Positions 52,029 through 64,000 of a stretch of 64,000 nt of DNA are shown piece after piece. The stretch spans positions 10,354,001-10,418,000 of the forward strand of contig NC_043018.1 in the NCBI RefSeq assembly GCF_006345805.1, in the 5' to 3' direction. The stretch is from Octopus sinensis (taxonomy: Eukaryota). Both the position numbers and the translations under genes were made by a program. The notes beneath the pieces are model-generated. The model searched no databases. It was not told the origin of the DNA and saw only the letters and a program-made list of their open reading frames with translations. How positions within the stretch are numbered: position 1 is the stretch's first letter; each line of letters begins with the position of its first letter.

Positions 52029-55000
52029 TTAATCTCCGTTCTCCATGCTGGCATGGGTTGGACAGTTTGAGCAGAACTGACAAGCTGGGGAGTTACACAA
52101 GACTCGAGTCTGATTTGTTAGGGTTTCTATAGTTGGATGCCCTTCCTAATGCCAACCACTTTACAGAGTGCGTTGGGCACTGTTATGTGGCACCACATGG
52201 ACACTTTACACGTATTTATAACCTTTATTCTTTTCTTTTACTTGTTTCAGCCATTTGACTGTGGCCATGCTGGAGCACCGCCTTTAGTCAAGCATATCGA
52301 CCCCAGGACTTATTCTTTGGAAGCCTAGTACTTATTCTATCGGTCTTTTTTGCCGAACCGCTAAGTTAAGGGGGTGTAAACACAACACCATCGGTTGTCA
52401 AGCGATGGTGGGGGGACAAACACAGACACAAACACACACACACACATATACGACAAGCTTCTTTCAGTTTCCATCTACCAAATCCACTCACAAGGCTTTG
52501 GTCGGCCCGAGGCTATAGTAGAAGATACTTGCTCAAGGTGCCATGCAGTAGGACTGAACCTGGAACCATGTGGTTGGTTACGAAGCTACTTACCATACAG
52601 CCACTCTTGCATCCTAGGTATATAAGCTGAAAGTTCCAAAGTTGTTGTCCATAGTTATCCTCTTTCCGTTGATTTTCTAAGAGATATTCGCATCAGTAGG
52701 GCAGCTGACCTCTACAATGGTACTTCCGGCTTCTTCTTTGTCACAAATGATGATATCTTAGCTGTTATATTTGCATTTGGTAGAAGTTTTGATGGGAATG
52801 TTTCGCCAATATTCCTTGTGTGCTGTTTAAAGTGACAAACAGGCAGAATTGTTAACATATTTGGTGGCGTTTCATCTATCTTTACATTCTGAGTGTGGAG
52901 GCACAATGGCCCAGTGGTTAGGGCAGTGGACTCGTGGTTGTAGGATTATGGTTTTGATTCCCAGACAGGGCGTTGTGAGTGTTTATTGAGCGAAAACACC
53001 TAAAGCTCCATGAGGCTCTAGCATGGGTTGGTGGCAAACCCTGCTGTATTCTTCCACCACAACTTTCTCTCACTCTTTCTTCCTGTTTCTGTTGTACCTG
53101 TATTTCAAAGGGCCAACTTTGTCACACTCTGTGTCACGCTGAATCTCCCCAAGAACTATGTTAAGGGTACACGTGTCTGTGGAATGCTCAGCCACTTCCA
53201 CATTAATTTCCCGAGCAGGCTATTCTGTTGATCAGGTCAACTGGGACCGTTATTGTCATAACCGATGGAGTGTCGAATTCTAAGGATTATTTCCTAAAAC
53301 ACTTAATATGATATATAATATATATCTATTATATACGACAGTTAAGTTTATAGTTTGTAATAATTTTTTTTTATATTAATCAAAATGTATTTTATTATAT
53401 ATTTCAAAGTAGATTTATTTAGATGTTTATTTAATTAATTAATATTATATTAATGAATTTTATTACATTATAGTTTTTAAATTAATTTAGTTTATTAATT
53501 AGTGGTCATAATATAGATAATGTTTGAATTACTACTGAGTTAATATTGAATGTGTCTAAAAGTTATTTTATTTAAACAAAGATTTGACTCCAACGTAACC
53601 ATATTTTATATATATAAAATAAATCAATTTGTATAAGATTATTAGAGAATATACTGTAAATGGTAGTTATATAAATTATTTAATTTATAGAGTTTTGAGT
53701 ATAATTTATTATAGTTAATTATAAATTTTAGGTTTATAGTGAAAGATATTATATTGTATAGTGATTATATTCTCTATAAGTCACTTTGTTCTCTTTCTCT
53801 ATTAAAGCTAAAATATAGCCGTAGTTTCCATTGATAATATTTATTCATAGTTTTAATTGATAAAGTATATTCGTAGTTTTCATTGTTAAAAGAATTTTTC
53901 CATCTGTTTATTTGATTTCTGTCAATAACGTAATTCCACGAGTTTTCTTATAAACGCTTAAAAGACGTTTTCCGTTTTGAAGAGTTAAGTAAACTTTTTT
54001 TTATTTAAGAAATTTTAAGGAATTTTATTGTATTGTATTCTATATAACTATTGATTGTTAATTTGAATCTATAATTATTTTAGTTGTTAATGATAATTTA
54101 GATATGTATATTTATTTAATTATTAGTATATAATTATTAAAACTGTACATAAATTGTAAGATATTACTTAGTCACTGTGGTATATAGATTGTAAAATAGT
54201 CATACAGTTCTTTTAAGATAGGTTATATCTTTTTTAATTTGATTTTTAATTTTCAATTTTTAAATTGTATTTCATAAATATATTCTATAGATATTTATGA
54301 TATTTATGTATGTAATAATGGACTAATTAATTTATTTATTTTTGGTTATATGTCTATATATTTATTGATAAAGAAAATTTTAGATTTTTAATTACTATAT
54401 TTGTTACTCTTTCTCTTTTATTCTTTTACTCTTTTACTTGTTTCAGTCATTTGACTGCGGCCATGCTGGAGCTCCGCCTTTAGTCGAGAAAATCGACCCC
54501 AGGACTTATTCTTTGTAAGCCCAGTACTTATTCTATCGGTCTCTTTTGCCGAACCGCTAAGTGACGGGGATGTAAACACACCAGCATCGGTTGTCAAGCA
54601 ATGCTAGGGGGACAAACACAGACACACAAACACATACACACACATATATATATATATATACATATATACGACAGGCTTCTTTCACTTTCCGTCTACCAAA
54701 TCCACTCACAAGGCATTGGTTGGCCCAGGGCTATAGCAGATGACACTTGCTCAAGATGCCATGCAGTGGGACTGAACCCGAAACCATGTGGTTGGTTAGC
54801 AAGTTACTTACCACACAGTCACTCCTGCGCCTATATATAATCCTGTTGATTATAATTTAGATACTTATTTTTAAGTATTTATTATTTTATAATTATTAGA
54901 TGTAAACTTAAATCTAAAAATATTAATAGTGATTATTTTGTTAAATAATTTTGTAATTAAATATTGGAGTATAACTGAGTTAAAGATAATCGAGAGTTTA

Positions 55001-55387
55001 TTATGTTTTTTAAAGCCAAATTATATCTTCAAAGATAAATACATATTTCTATCTATTTTTTTTACTTTAAAAATTAAATATTTAACATAATAAATGTGTT
55101 GTAGGAAATAATCCTAATGTTTTAAGTTTTTAATTTAGTTAATGGAATTTTTTCTATAAGAAAAATTATTATTTTAATTATTTCTTAAGTAAATATTGCT
55201 TAACTCTATTTGTTAATTTATTTAACTATTATCATTAACCTGAAGATTGATTATAATTTTAAATTGAATTTAAACTTAATTGTAATTCGAATTTAATTGT
55301 AGCCATGAAACGTACATAGTGTTTTTACTTATAATATTATATATTTATCATTCATTTTATATTTTTTGATATCTAGTTATAAGTTAA

Positions 55388-55418
<31 letters not shown>

Positions 55419-55572
55419 TATTTGTTATTTATGTATTGGTTTATGTCTATCACTGTTTGAGTTGCATGATAGTGGTTTTATCTCTAATTTATATTTTATA
55501 TATTTAAACTGTGAAATTTGATTTGATACTAAATTGAATTTTTCCCTGTAAGTTTGGAGTTATACTCCCTAA

Positions 55573-55620
<48 letters not shown>

Positions 55621-56139
55621 TATCAAAACAAAAATTCATATAAAAAGCTGAAATGAAAACAAAAAAAACTCTCGATGCAACAATACAAACTCACGTAAAC
55701 AAATAAAAAACAGAATCAAAAACACAAACACAACAAAAGCAAAACAAAGAAACAATCAACAGAACAAACAAAAACACACAAATATAAATATCCACAATAT
55801 TACGTATTTATTCTGTAAAACTGATAATATATTTGGATTATTCATCTTCTGGGATCAGGCGAGGGGGGGGGGCAGGGATTCGTACTATGGTAACAGTATT
55901 GTTAAATTCCTGGAGGGAAGAAGGGTAGGGTAGGGTAGGCATCGGGATTCAATTGGACCCAGTGTTCATGTATTTATTGCATTTTTTATTAAGTTTTCTT
56001 CGGTTTTTTTTTGCAATTTTTTTTAGATATTTTTATTTATTTATTCATTTATTGAGTTCTTCAAAGTTCAGTAAAGATAAAATTGCAAAGATCACATGGT
56101 TTGTATTTACTACATAAGAAACATCTATTTGGTTGGTTG

Positions 56140-56234
56140 GTTGGTTGGTTGGTTGGTTGGTTAATCGTTCGGTTGGTTGGTTCTACTAGTTTGGGTTCAT
56201 GTTCACCAAAAATTTTACAGACCAATTTTAATTG

Positions 56235-56284
<50 letters not shown>

Positions 56285-56485
56285 ATGTGCATGTGTGTGT
56301 GTGTGTGTGTGCGCGTGTGTGTGCACGCATGTGTGTATGTATATATATATGTATGTATGCATGTATATATATATATATATATGTGTGTGTGTCTGTGTAT
56401 ATATATATAAATGTATATATGTATATATATATATATATATATACGTTTATATATATGTATGTATATATATTATATATACATATAC

Positions 56486-56533
<48 letters not shown>

Positions 56534-57386
56534 TCACAAATATATATATATGTATGCATATACATATATACCCACACACATATATATGCATATGAGTGTA
56601 CATATATATGTTTGTATGTATATATATATGTGTGGATATATATGTATATATATATATGTGTGTGCGTATATGTATATATATATATATGGGTGGGGGTAGG
56701 TGTGTGTGCATGTATCTATAGCATCATATAATGTAGGCAAAAATAAGTAATAATTCGTTCAATTTTCACTTTGGATTTATTGTTCAAAGACAAAATATAT
56801 GTGTGTTTAAGTGAATACATGGTGTGTATGTATGTGTGCATGCATACATACATCACATCGATGTGTGTGCGTGTGTATGCGTGTGTGTGTGCATGTGTTT
56901 GTGTGTGTCTGTATTCTTTATGTGTGTATGCACAGACAGAGAGATAGATATATATATAAATATACATACATATTTATATGCATGTATGTATATAAATATA
57001 TATATAAGCATATATATAAATACATATATATATACACATATATATATGTGTGTGTGTGTGTGTGTGGTGTGTGTGTGTGTGTGCTCCAGCATGGCCACAG
57101 TCAAATGACTGAAACAAGTAAAAGAATATATATATATATATAGATGGATAGATAGATACATACATACTTATATACATACATGTAACTAATATGTATATAT
57201 GCATATGTAGAAACATATATATATGTATATAATAGATATACACACATATGTAAACACACACATATATATACATACACATATACATATATAAATACATATA
57301 CATGTATATAAATGTATAAGTATGCATACATACACACATCCATATATTTGTTTATATATATATGTATATATATGTGTGTGTGTGTG

Positions 57387-57418
<32 letters not shown>

Positions 57419-57650
57419 TTCACACACATACCAGGTTACTTCACATGAAGTATTTGTATTTATTATTTTTAAATCATAATCAATACACACACACATATAT
57501 ATATACATACACATATATATACATATATAAATACATATACATGTATATAAATGTAAGCATACACACACACACTCACATATTTTTATATATATATATATAT
57601 ATACACACACACATTCCCACACATACCAGGTTTCTTCACATGAAGTATTT
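56140..57650. repeat. (TTGG)n, (TA)n, (TG)n compound microsatellite block
   Basis: Direct reading. Confidence 0.9.
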
Positions 57651-58929
57651 TTATTCATTATTTTTAAATCATGATCAATAATACTCTGATGTTCCTATGA
57701 AAGATTTCTGGTGCAAAGCGTTTTCTTTTCGTTCTTTTTTTACACCTTCAATTTCTATAGAATCTCTAAAATTGTTTTTATTGGAAAGTTTTTTTGTGCT
57801 CCTACCAGCGATGGAATCTATCCAAGAACTAATTCTCAAGAAAGAATTTAAATTAACACATTATACTGCAGAAGCTTCCGTTGATGCCAACTCAATATTT
57901 TGGAGAGAATACCACAATCGTGTGACATGTTTAATGTTGGTCTAGTAATTCACGGTCTGAGAATATTGGTACCAATATAGGTTTCTGATTCTGGCACAAG
58001 GCCAACAGTTTTGAAGGGAGGGTGTTGCATGATACTAATTGATCCCCAGTACGTAACTGGTACTTTATTTTATCAAGCCTGAATAGATGACAGGCAAATC
58101 TACCCTTCGTGGTATTTGAACTCAGAGTGTAAAGACTCTGAAGAAATACTGTAAACCATTTTGTCTGATACTCTTGTAATTCAGCCAACCCACTGCTCCC
58201 ATGGGAACTAGTAATGAATATAAACGTATGCTGAATACTGTTCTTAAATCTATTCTTAAAAATCCTTTTGAATATTTTCTTCGCCTTGTAATGATTTTGT
58301 TACAGAATAGAAATGAATGGAAGAATAAGAGATTAAAGTTTGTTTTCTTTTCCTCTTATGTTAAAGTGTTTTCACTTCCTTTAAAATGAATGTAAGCAAA
58401 GTTAGTATGATTCTTGTTCTTAGAAAAGACTTCAAATCTACATCCGATAGTGGGACCTTTGTTCAGGAGTTTCAAGGTTTTGCGGAGTGTGGAACCACCT
58501 CTTTTACCTGCTCTACTGTGACCTCGGAATAGCAGCATCTCTCAGAGTCTTAGCTGTGGGGTAAAGAAGCATGTAACCAAGCCAGTGTACACTGAAATCA
58601 CGGGGTGCAGCATGGTGGATGTAGAGGCATGTGACTTAGTGGTTAGGGTGTTAGACTCATGATTGTATGATTGTGGTTTCAATTCCTGAGCCGGGTGACG
58701 TGTTGTGTTCTTGAACAAAACACTTCATTTCACATTGCTCCAGTCCATTCAGCCGACAAAAGTGAGTAACCCTGTGAAGGGTTGGCATCCCATCCAGGTG
58801 GGGAATTTATATGCCATGGAAACCAGGAAACCAACCTTTATGAGTCGACTTGACTTGAGGAAACTTTAGCTTACCATAGTGGTTATGGTGAACCATTTTA
58901 GCGAATGATTTTATTAAATCAATGGTGAA

Positions 58930-59280
58930 TGCCACATGATGTTGAGCAGATGAACAAAGGACAAACTGTTAATGGCCAAGATCAACCAGTTCAGTTGGAA
59001 AACTACTATCATCTGTAGTCATAGCATGCACAGATGAGATATTTCAGCCAGCCAAAAAACCAATGTGACTAAAACCCAAGCCTCGTTCTTCGATTGGGAC
59101 ATTTGGAATGGAAGAATTACACTGGTCTGGCCAAGTTGCTCAACTGGATGACGAGTTTTGTAATTTTATGCTTCTTTTACAACTGGCTGACTAATGCAAT
59201 CCCATGTTGTACAATGTCATACAGGAAGTTAGCATTGGAAAAATAATGGTTCAAGGACTTGTTGAAAGTTTGGCAGTTCC
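58930..59280 (+). mobile_element. Highly degenerate RTE-like LINE fragment
   Basis: ELHWSGQVAQLDDE resembles RTE LRWxGHVxRM. Confidence 0.4.
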
Positions 59281-59603
59281 ACCGCATCCATATCACATTA
59301 GCTCAAAGTAATGAGAAAAGTCAAACCATGGTAGTCATCGGTTTCTCATGAACTCAGAAACTGTGACATCTTAAGTTTTGTTCATCTTTTGTTATCAGAC
59401 AAAACAGGATTCTGGTTTTAAAATACACTGTGACCCATGAGGAAAAAGGGGACCTACTATGATAACAGAAATAAATTTGGGGACTGGCTAGACAAGAATG
59501 AAGAATCATACATTGATACCATTAATTGCATCACAAAAATATAATTGTTATAAAGCAATAATAAATCTCTGAACGAGATGTAAACAGTAACCGTTCGACA
59601 ACG

Positions 59604-59834
59604 TAAAGTATACTAGCCATCTCAATATGGCTAACCACAAAGGGTGGGTGTTACTGTAGCTTTTAGCCCCAGGAGATCATCGTCTCCAGCTGGCTTTAAA
59701 CACACTTTCTGTGCCCTTATGATATTTGCAAAGTGTGTCTAAAGCCAGCTGGAGACGATGATCTCCTGGGGCTAAAGGCTACAGTAACACCCACCCTTTG
59801 TGGTTAGCCATATTGAGATGGCTAGTATACTTTA
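59604..59834. mobile_element. Foldback/MITE-like element (~104-bp arms, ~21-nt spacer, TA termini)
   Basis: Near-perfect palindrome; a diverged relative lies at ~4741-4970. Confidence 0.75.
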
Positions 59835-60404
59835 TAATTGTTATAGTTTGGTGATTATTTGGAAGAATTTGTTCATTTCTCATTATTGGAACCTGGTGAA
59901 ACAGTAACTGCCTGGTCACATTGCCAACAGATTGCAGAAATGCATTAACAAGCCAGCAAACACTCCATATTGGTTAAGAGGCATGGACTTCTACAACAAT
60001 TCTAAATCTTACACTTCTCTCTTGACAGAACCAAAATCTCTAAATTGAAGGATTTCGATATGAAATTTTGCAATGCTCTTCAAATTTACCTAAAATTTTA
60101 TCAATTAAACAATCAAAACCCTTTAAAGTATTTTGACATTTAAAAGAGTTTCGGGCTTGATACCAGTAATTATTACATACCAGTAATAAATGAATAAATA
60201 ACAAAGAGGCCATAATTAGTGGTTTTTACTGAATATGTAATTAATAAAGCTAATCAATATTAGAGAAATTGTTAATTATTATTATTGTTGGTCAATGTTT
60301 ATTGTTTCAAATGGATCATATTTTGATTAAAGATTGAGCAACATTAGTTATTTACATCATTCTTTAATCTACAACTCAGAAACATTTCGTGTGGATCTAC
60401 CGTG

Positions 60405-60980
60405 TACACACACATACAGACACACACACACACATACACACATACACACACATATATATATACATACATACATACATACATACATACATGTATATATACA
60501 CATATATACATATACACACATACATATATATACATATATATATATATACATACATACGTACATACATACATACATACATATATATATACACATATATACA
60601 TATACACACATACATATATATACATATATATATACATACATACGTACATACATACATATATATATACACATATATACATATACACACATACATATATATA
60701 CATATATATATACATACATACGTACATACATACATACATACATATATATATACACATATATACATATACACACATACATATATATACATATATATATACA
60801 TACTACGTACATACATACATATATATATACACATATATACATATACACACATACATATATATACATATATATATACATACATACGTACATACATACATAC
60901 ATACATATATATATACACATATATACATACACACACACATGCACATATACATGTATGTATGCATGTACATGTATGCATGT
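60405..60980. repeat. CA/TA compound microsatellite with recurring catacgtac marker
   Basis: Direct reading. Confidence 0.9.
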
Positions 60981-61954
60981 CAACCATCCTCCCTATGCAT
61001 GCATGGAAGACGGATGTTAAATGATGACAATGATGATGTATGTATGTGTGCGTATATATAATGTATATTTATAATGTGTACACACACACACACACACACA
61101 CACATATAATTATTCTATTTTTTTGGAGGTGGAAAACTTTACAAATCGTTGTCAGGTAGATGTGACTATTCAGAATCTGCGAAGGTCTTTCAGCTTCGAT
61201 AAAATAGAATTTCGCACTTGCCTTTCATATTCAAGCACTATTTTCTCCATCTTATTTTGCAACTATACTCTTGTTTGTGTGAGTGTGTGCGCGTGTGTGT
61301 TTGTATATGTTTATAATATATTTCAAATTGAATGAAACACACTAATACAACGAGTACGTGTATGACAGGATAGAAAAATAATATCCTCAGCATTCATTTT
61401 GTACTCTCTCTTTCTCATAAAAGTACTCTCTGTACTCTCATAATTCACTGGAGTAAAAAAATATAAGCATTGAATAGCAGTAAAACTTAAGTTACCCAAG
61501 AATGAATATTTTATTATGTATATACAAACACACACATACATATATACATACAGAGACATACACATATAAACATATATATGCACACACACATACATACACA
61601 CAAATATGATTAGCAGAAATTCAAACAGAATTCTTGGTGCTGTAATGTATATCTGAGTAAATGAATAAGAATGATTTTTCTGATTACTTTTATCCATTTC
61701 AATGATTAAATGTTTACAAATTGTATCCTAATCAATCAAGTGAAAAAAAGTAATTATCAGAAAATGTCATTTTTATTCATTTTATCAAACATATAAATGT
61801 GTGTTGTGTGTATTTGCAAGTATGTTTATCTTTACACACATACATTTACATATATATAACATATTTTAATGGTGATCATACAAACTACTGGCTCTGAGTT
61901 TCATACCAGATCAATTGGGTTACATTCATCAGATGTGTAAGATACAGATTTAGG

Positions 61955-62327
61955 AGACGCAATGGCCCAGTGGTTAGGGCAGCGGACTCACGGTCATAGG
62001 ATCACGGTTTCGATTCCCAGACCAGGTATTGTGAGTGTTTATTGAGCGAAAACACCTGAGGCTCCGGCAGGGGATGGTGGTGATCCCTGCTGTACTCTTT
62101 CACCACAACTTTCTCTCACTCTTACTTCCTGTTTCTGTTGTACCTGTATTTTCAAAGGACCGGCCTTGTCACTCTCTGTGTCACGCTGAATATCCCCGAG
62201 AACTACGTTAAGAGTACACATGTCTGTGGAGTGCTCAGCCAATAACACGTTAATTTCACGAGCAGGCTGTTCCGTTGATTTGGATCAACCGGAACCTTCG
62301 TCGTCGTAACCGACGGAGTGCTTCCAC
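61955..62327 (+). mobile_element. tRNA-derived SINE family D with 16-bp target-site duplication
   Basis: Box A TGGCCCAGTGGTTAGG and box B-like GTTTCGATTCC. TSD aagatacagatttagg at 61939-61954 and 62328-62343. Relatives at 52896-53275 and 2261-2552 (the latter with a different 3' end). Confidence 0.92.
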
Positions 62328-62820
62328 AAGATACAGATTTAGGTTGAATACAGCAAAAGTAGCCATTGGAAAAGTTCTTTTTGATTTAGCGCCTCAACCA
62401 AACATGTTGCATGCTCCTGCAATTTGTATAATACATAACAAGGGGCCTCTCCATCAGCTTGTACTATACAGCTACTCTGCACAAGGTAGAGCATTCACCA
62501 TGGTCAAAAAATAATATCAAAATTAATATGAGCTCAATATTTATATGACTTGGACCATTGGATAAAGAACATACCAATATTATTCAAAATACAAAATGAC
62601 TGATGCAGGAAAGAAATGAAGAACTTCTGCAGTAGCCATTTTGCTCTGCTCAACCTAAATCCATGATTTAAACATCTGATGAGTGTAAGGTATTGAATCT
62701 CACATGAAACTTTTATGATTTATTGTTATTATGATCATCATTAAACTACTTATACAGACTATTTTTGCAGAGCTGATTGCTCTTACTTTTTTTTTACTAA
62801 GAACAACAACCAATTGCACA

Positions 62821-62871
<51 letters not shown>

Positions 62872-64000
62872 GTATATATCACACACACATGCATACATGC
62901 ATGCATGCACGTGCACACACATACACACATGTACAGAAAGATAGTGAGAGAAAAAGGGAGAGAATAATCTCAGCACTTTAGTAAATAACCCATATGTATG
63001 TATTTGTGTGTGTGTGTGTGTGTGTATGTCTATACACATGTATATATTATATTGCATGTAAGTATGTATGTGTGTAAGTATGTATGTATGCATTTATGTA
63101 TGTACTGATGCATGTATGTATGCATAATTTTCACAACATTTCAGTAAAAATTAGAACACTCACCAAGTTGCAAGAATGAGGTTCTTTTAAAATCAATTTC
63201 AAAGAATTATACAAAGATATAGAATTGATCTATAAAATATATTGATCAAAAAGAAAAGAATTCAATCAAATTATTTCATGATTTCTTCACCATTTCCACA
63301 GTTGATTTGTTTAAATTTTTAAAATGACCGCAGTCAAAGACATCGTTAAATTTGAAATTAAGGAATAAGAATACCTGTCCAGATCAAGGTGTCGGGTGTT
63401 ATTAAGTTCCTTAAAGATTTTGATTACAGCTTCTGTCCCACTAAAAAGGATTTTTAAAGGTGATAAGATACAGCACCAAAACGTTTGTGGCATTTGTTCC
63501 AGGGAGAAGGACATAGTAGCTGAAAATGACCCCAGAATATAACGGGTGCTTTATTGTAGCTTCACAGAAAGGTGAACACCCCATCCACCTTGACCGAATG
63601 GGTCTTGTAGTCAGAACTTAAAAGTGACGTCACTATACTCTACTGGGTTTCTAATCTAGTTCTCTACTATTACGGAAAAATCTGGAATCCAAGTTAAAAG
63701 GTGATGGTTTGCGTTCTTAAACATTACACTGTGTAACAAAATTGTTATTTTTTTTTGTCTTTGGTCTGTAAGAGTTATTTCCAATTCGCTTCTATGTAGA
63801 AATCAAAGGAAATCACAACTGTTCCCTTCAACCTTTGCTTTTGTGACCTGGACATCAATGTTTTGACCTATTTTCCATTACATTTCACACAGATTCAGCA
63901 CTGAATTGCTGAAGCAGAAATATCGTTATAGAAGATATTCTGCTCAATGGCACAGATTTGCTTGTTGTCTTTGGTCAGTAAGTGTTGTCTCCTATTTGTT

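Noticed and set aside
61890-61935. Minus-strand CTGATGA...GAAAC hammerhead-like motif (a similar remnant lies at ~40235)
   Set aside because: Stem II is poorly paired and there is no valid NUH triplet or stem I.
61955-62020. tRNA genes at SINE heads (also 2261, 51668, 52896, 58625)
   Set aside because: Box A/B are present but no complete cloverleaf, and each continues into a shared SINE body.
63130-64000. Unique-looking sequence at the window end as a gene fragment
   Set aside because: All frames are interrupted by stops, with no recognisable motif; probably an old TE that I cannot classify without a search.

Overview
Repeat-saturated, AT-rich eukaryotic genomic DNA. The SINE/LINE/microsatellite landscape looks cephalopod (Octopus-like); this is an inference and cannot be confirmed from the window. 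Nearly all supplied ORFs are microsatellite or transposon artefacts. By reading splice sites on the minus strand I assembled a four-exon gene largely invisible in the ORF track (coding exons 43983-43911, 27542-27426, 25057-24815, 20171-20026). All three introns are GT-AG and phase 1, and a TATA/Inr promoter and an AATAAA signal flank the gene. It encodes a 192-aa secreted protein: signal peptide, two copies of a six-Cys module I do not recognise, a Thr/Pro (VPTT)n mucin-like stalk and a C-terminal beta-defensin-like six-Cys domain. The window also contains a Penelope-like retroelement (RT plus GIY-YIG) and several hammerhead ribozyme motifs, two of them canonical and facing each other in a ~250-bp inverted repeat. 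Other repeats include RTE, BovB-like and R4/Dong-like LINE relics, mariner/Tc1/maT relics, at least five SINE-like families, foldback MITE-like elements, a 13-copy 184-bp SINE-derived tandem array and a 41-bp minisatellite. Repeat boundaries are approximate and read by eye.
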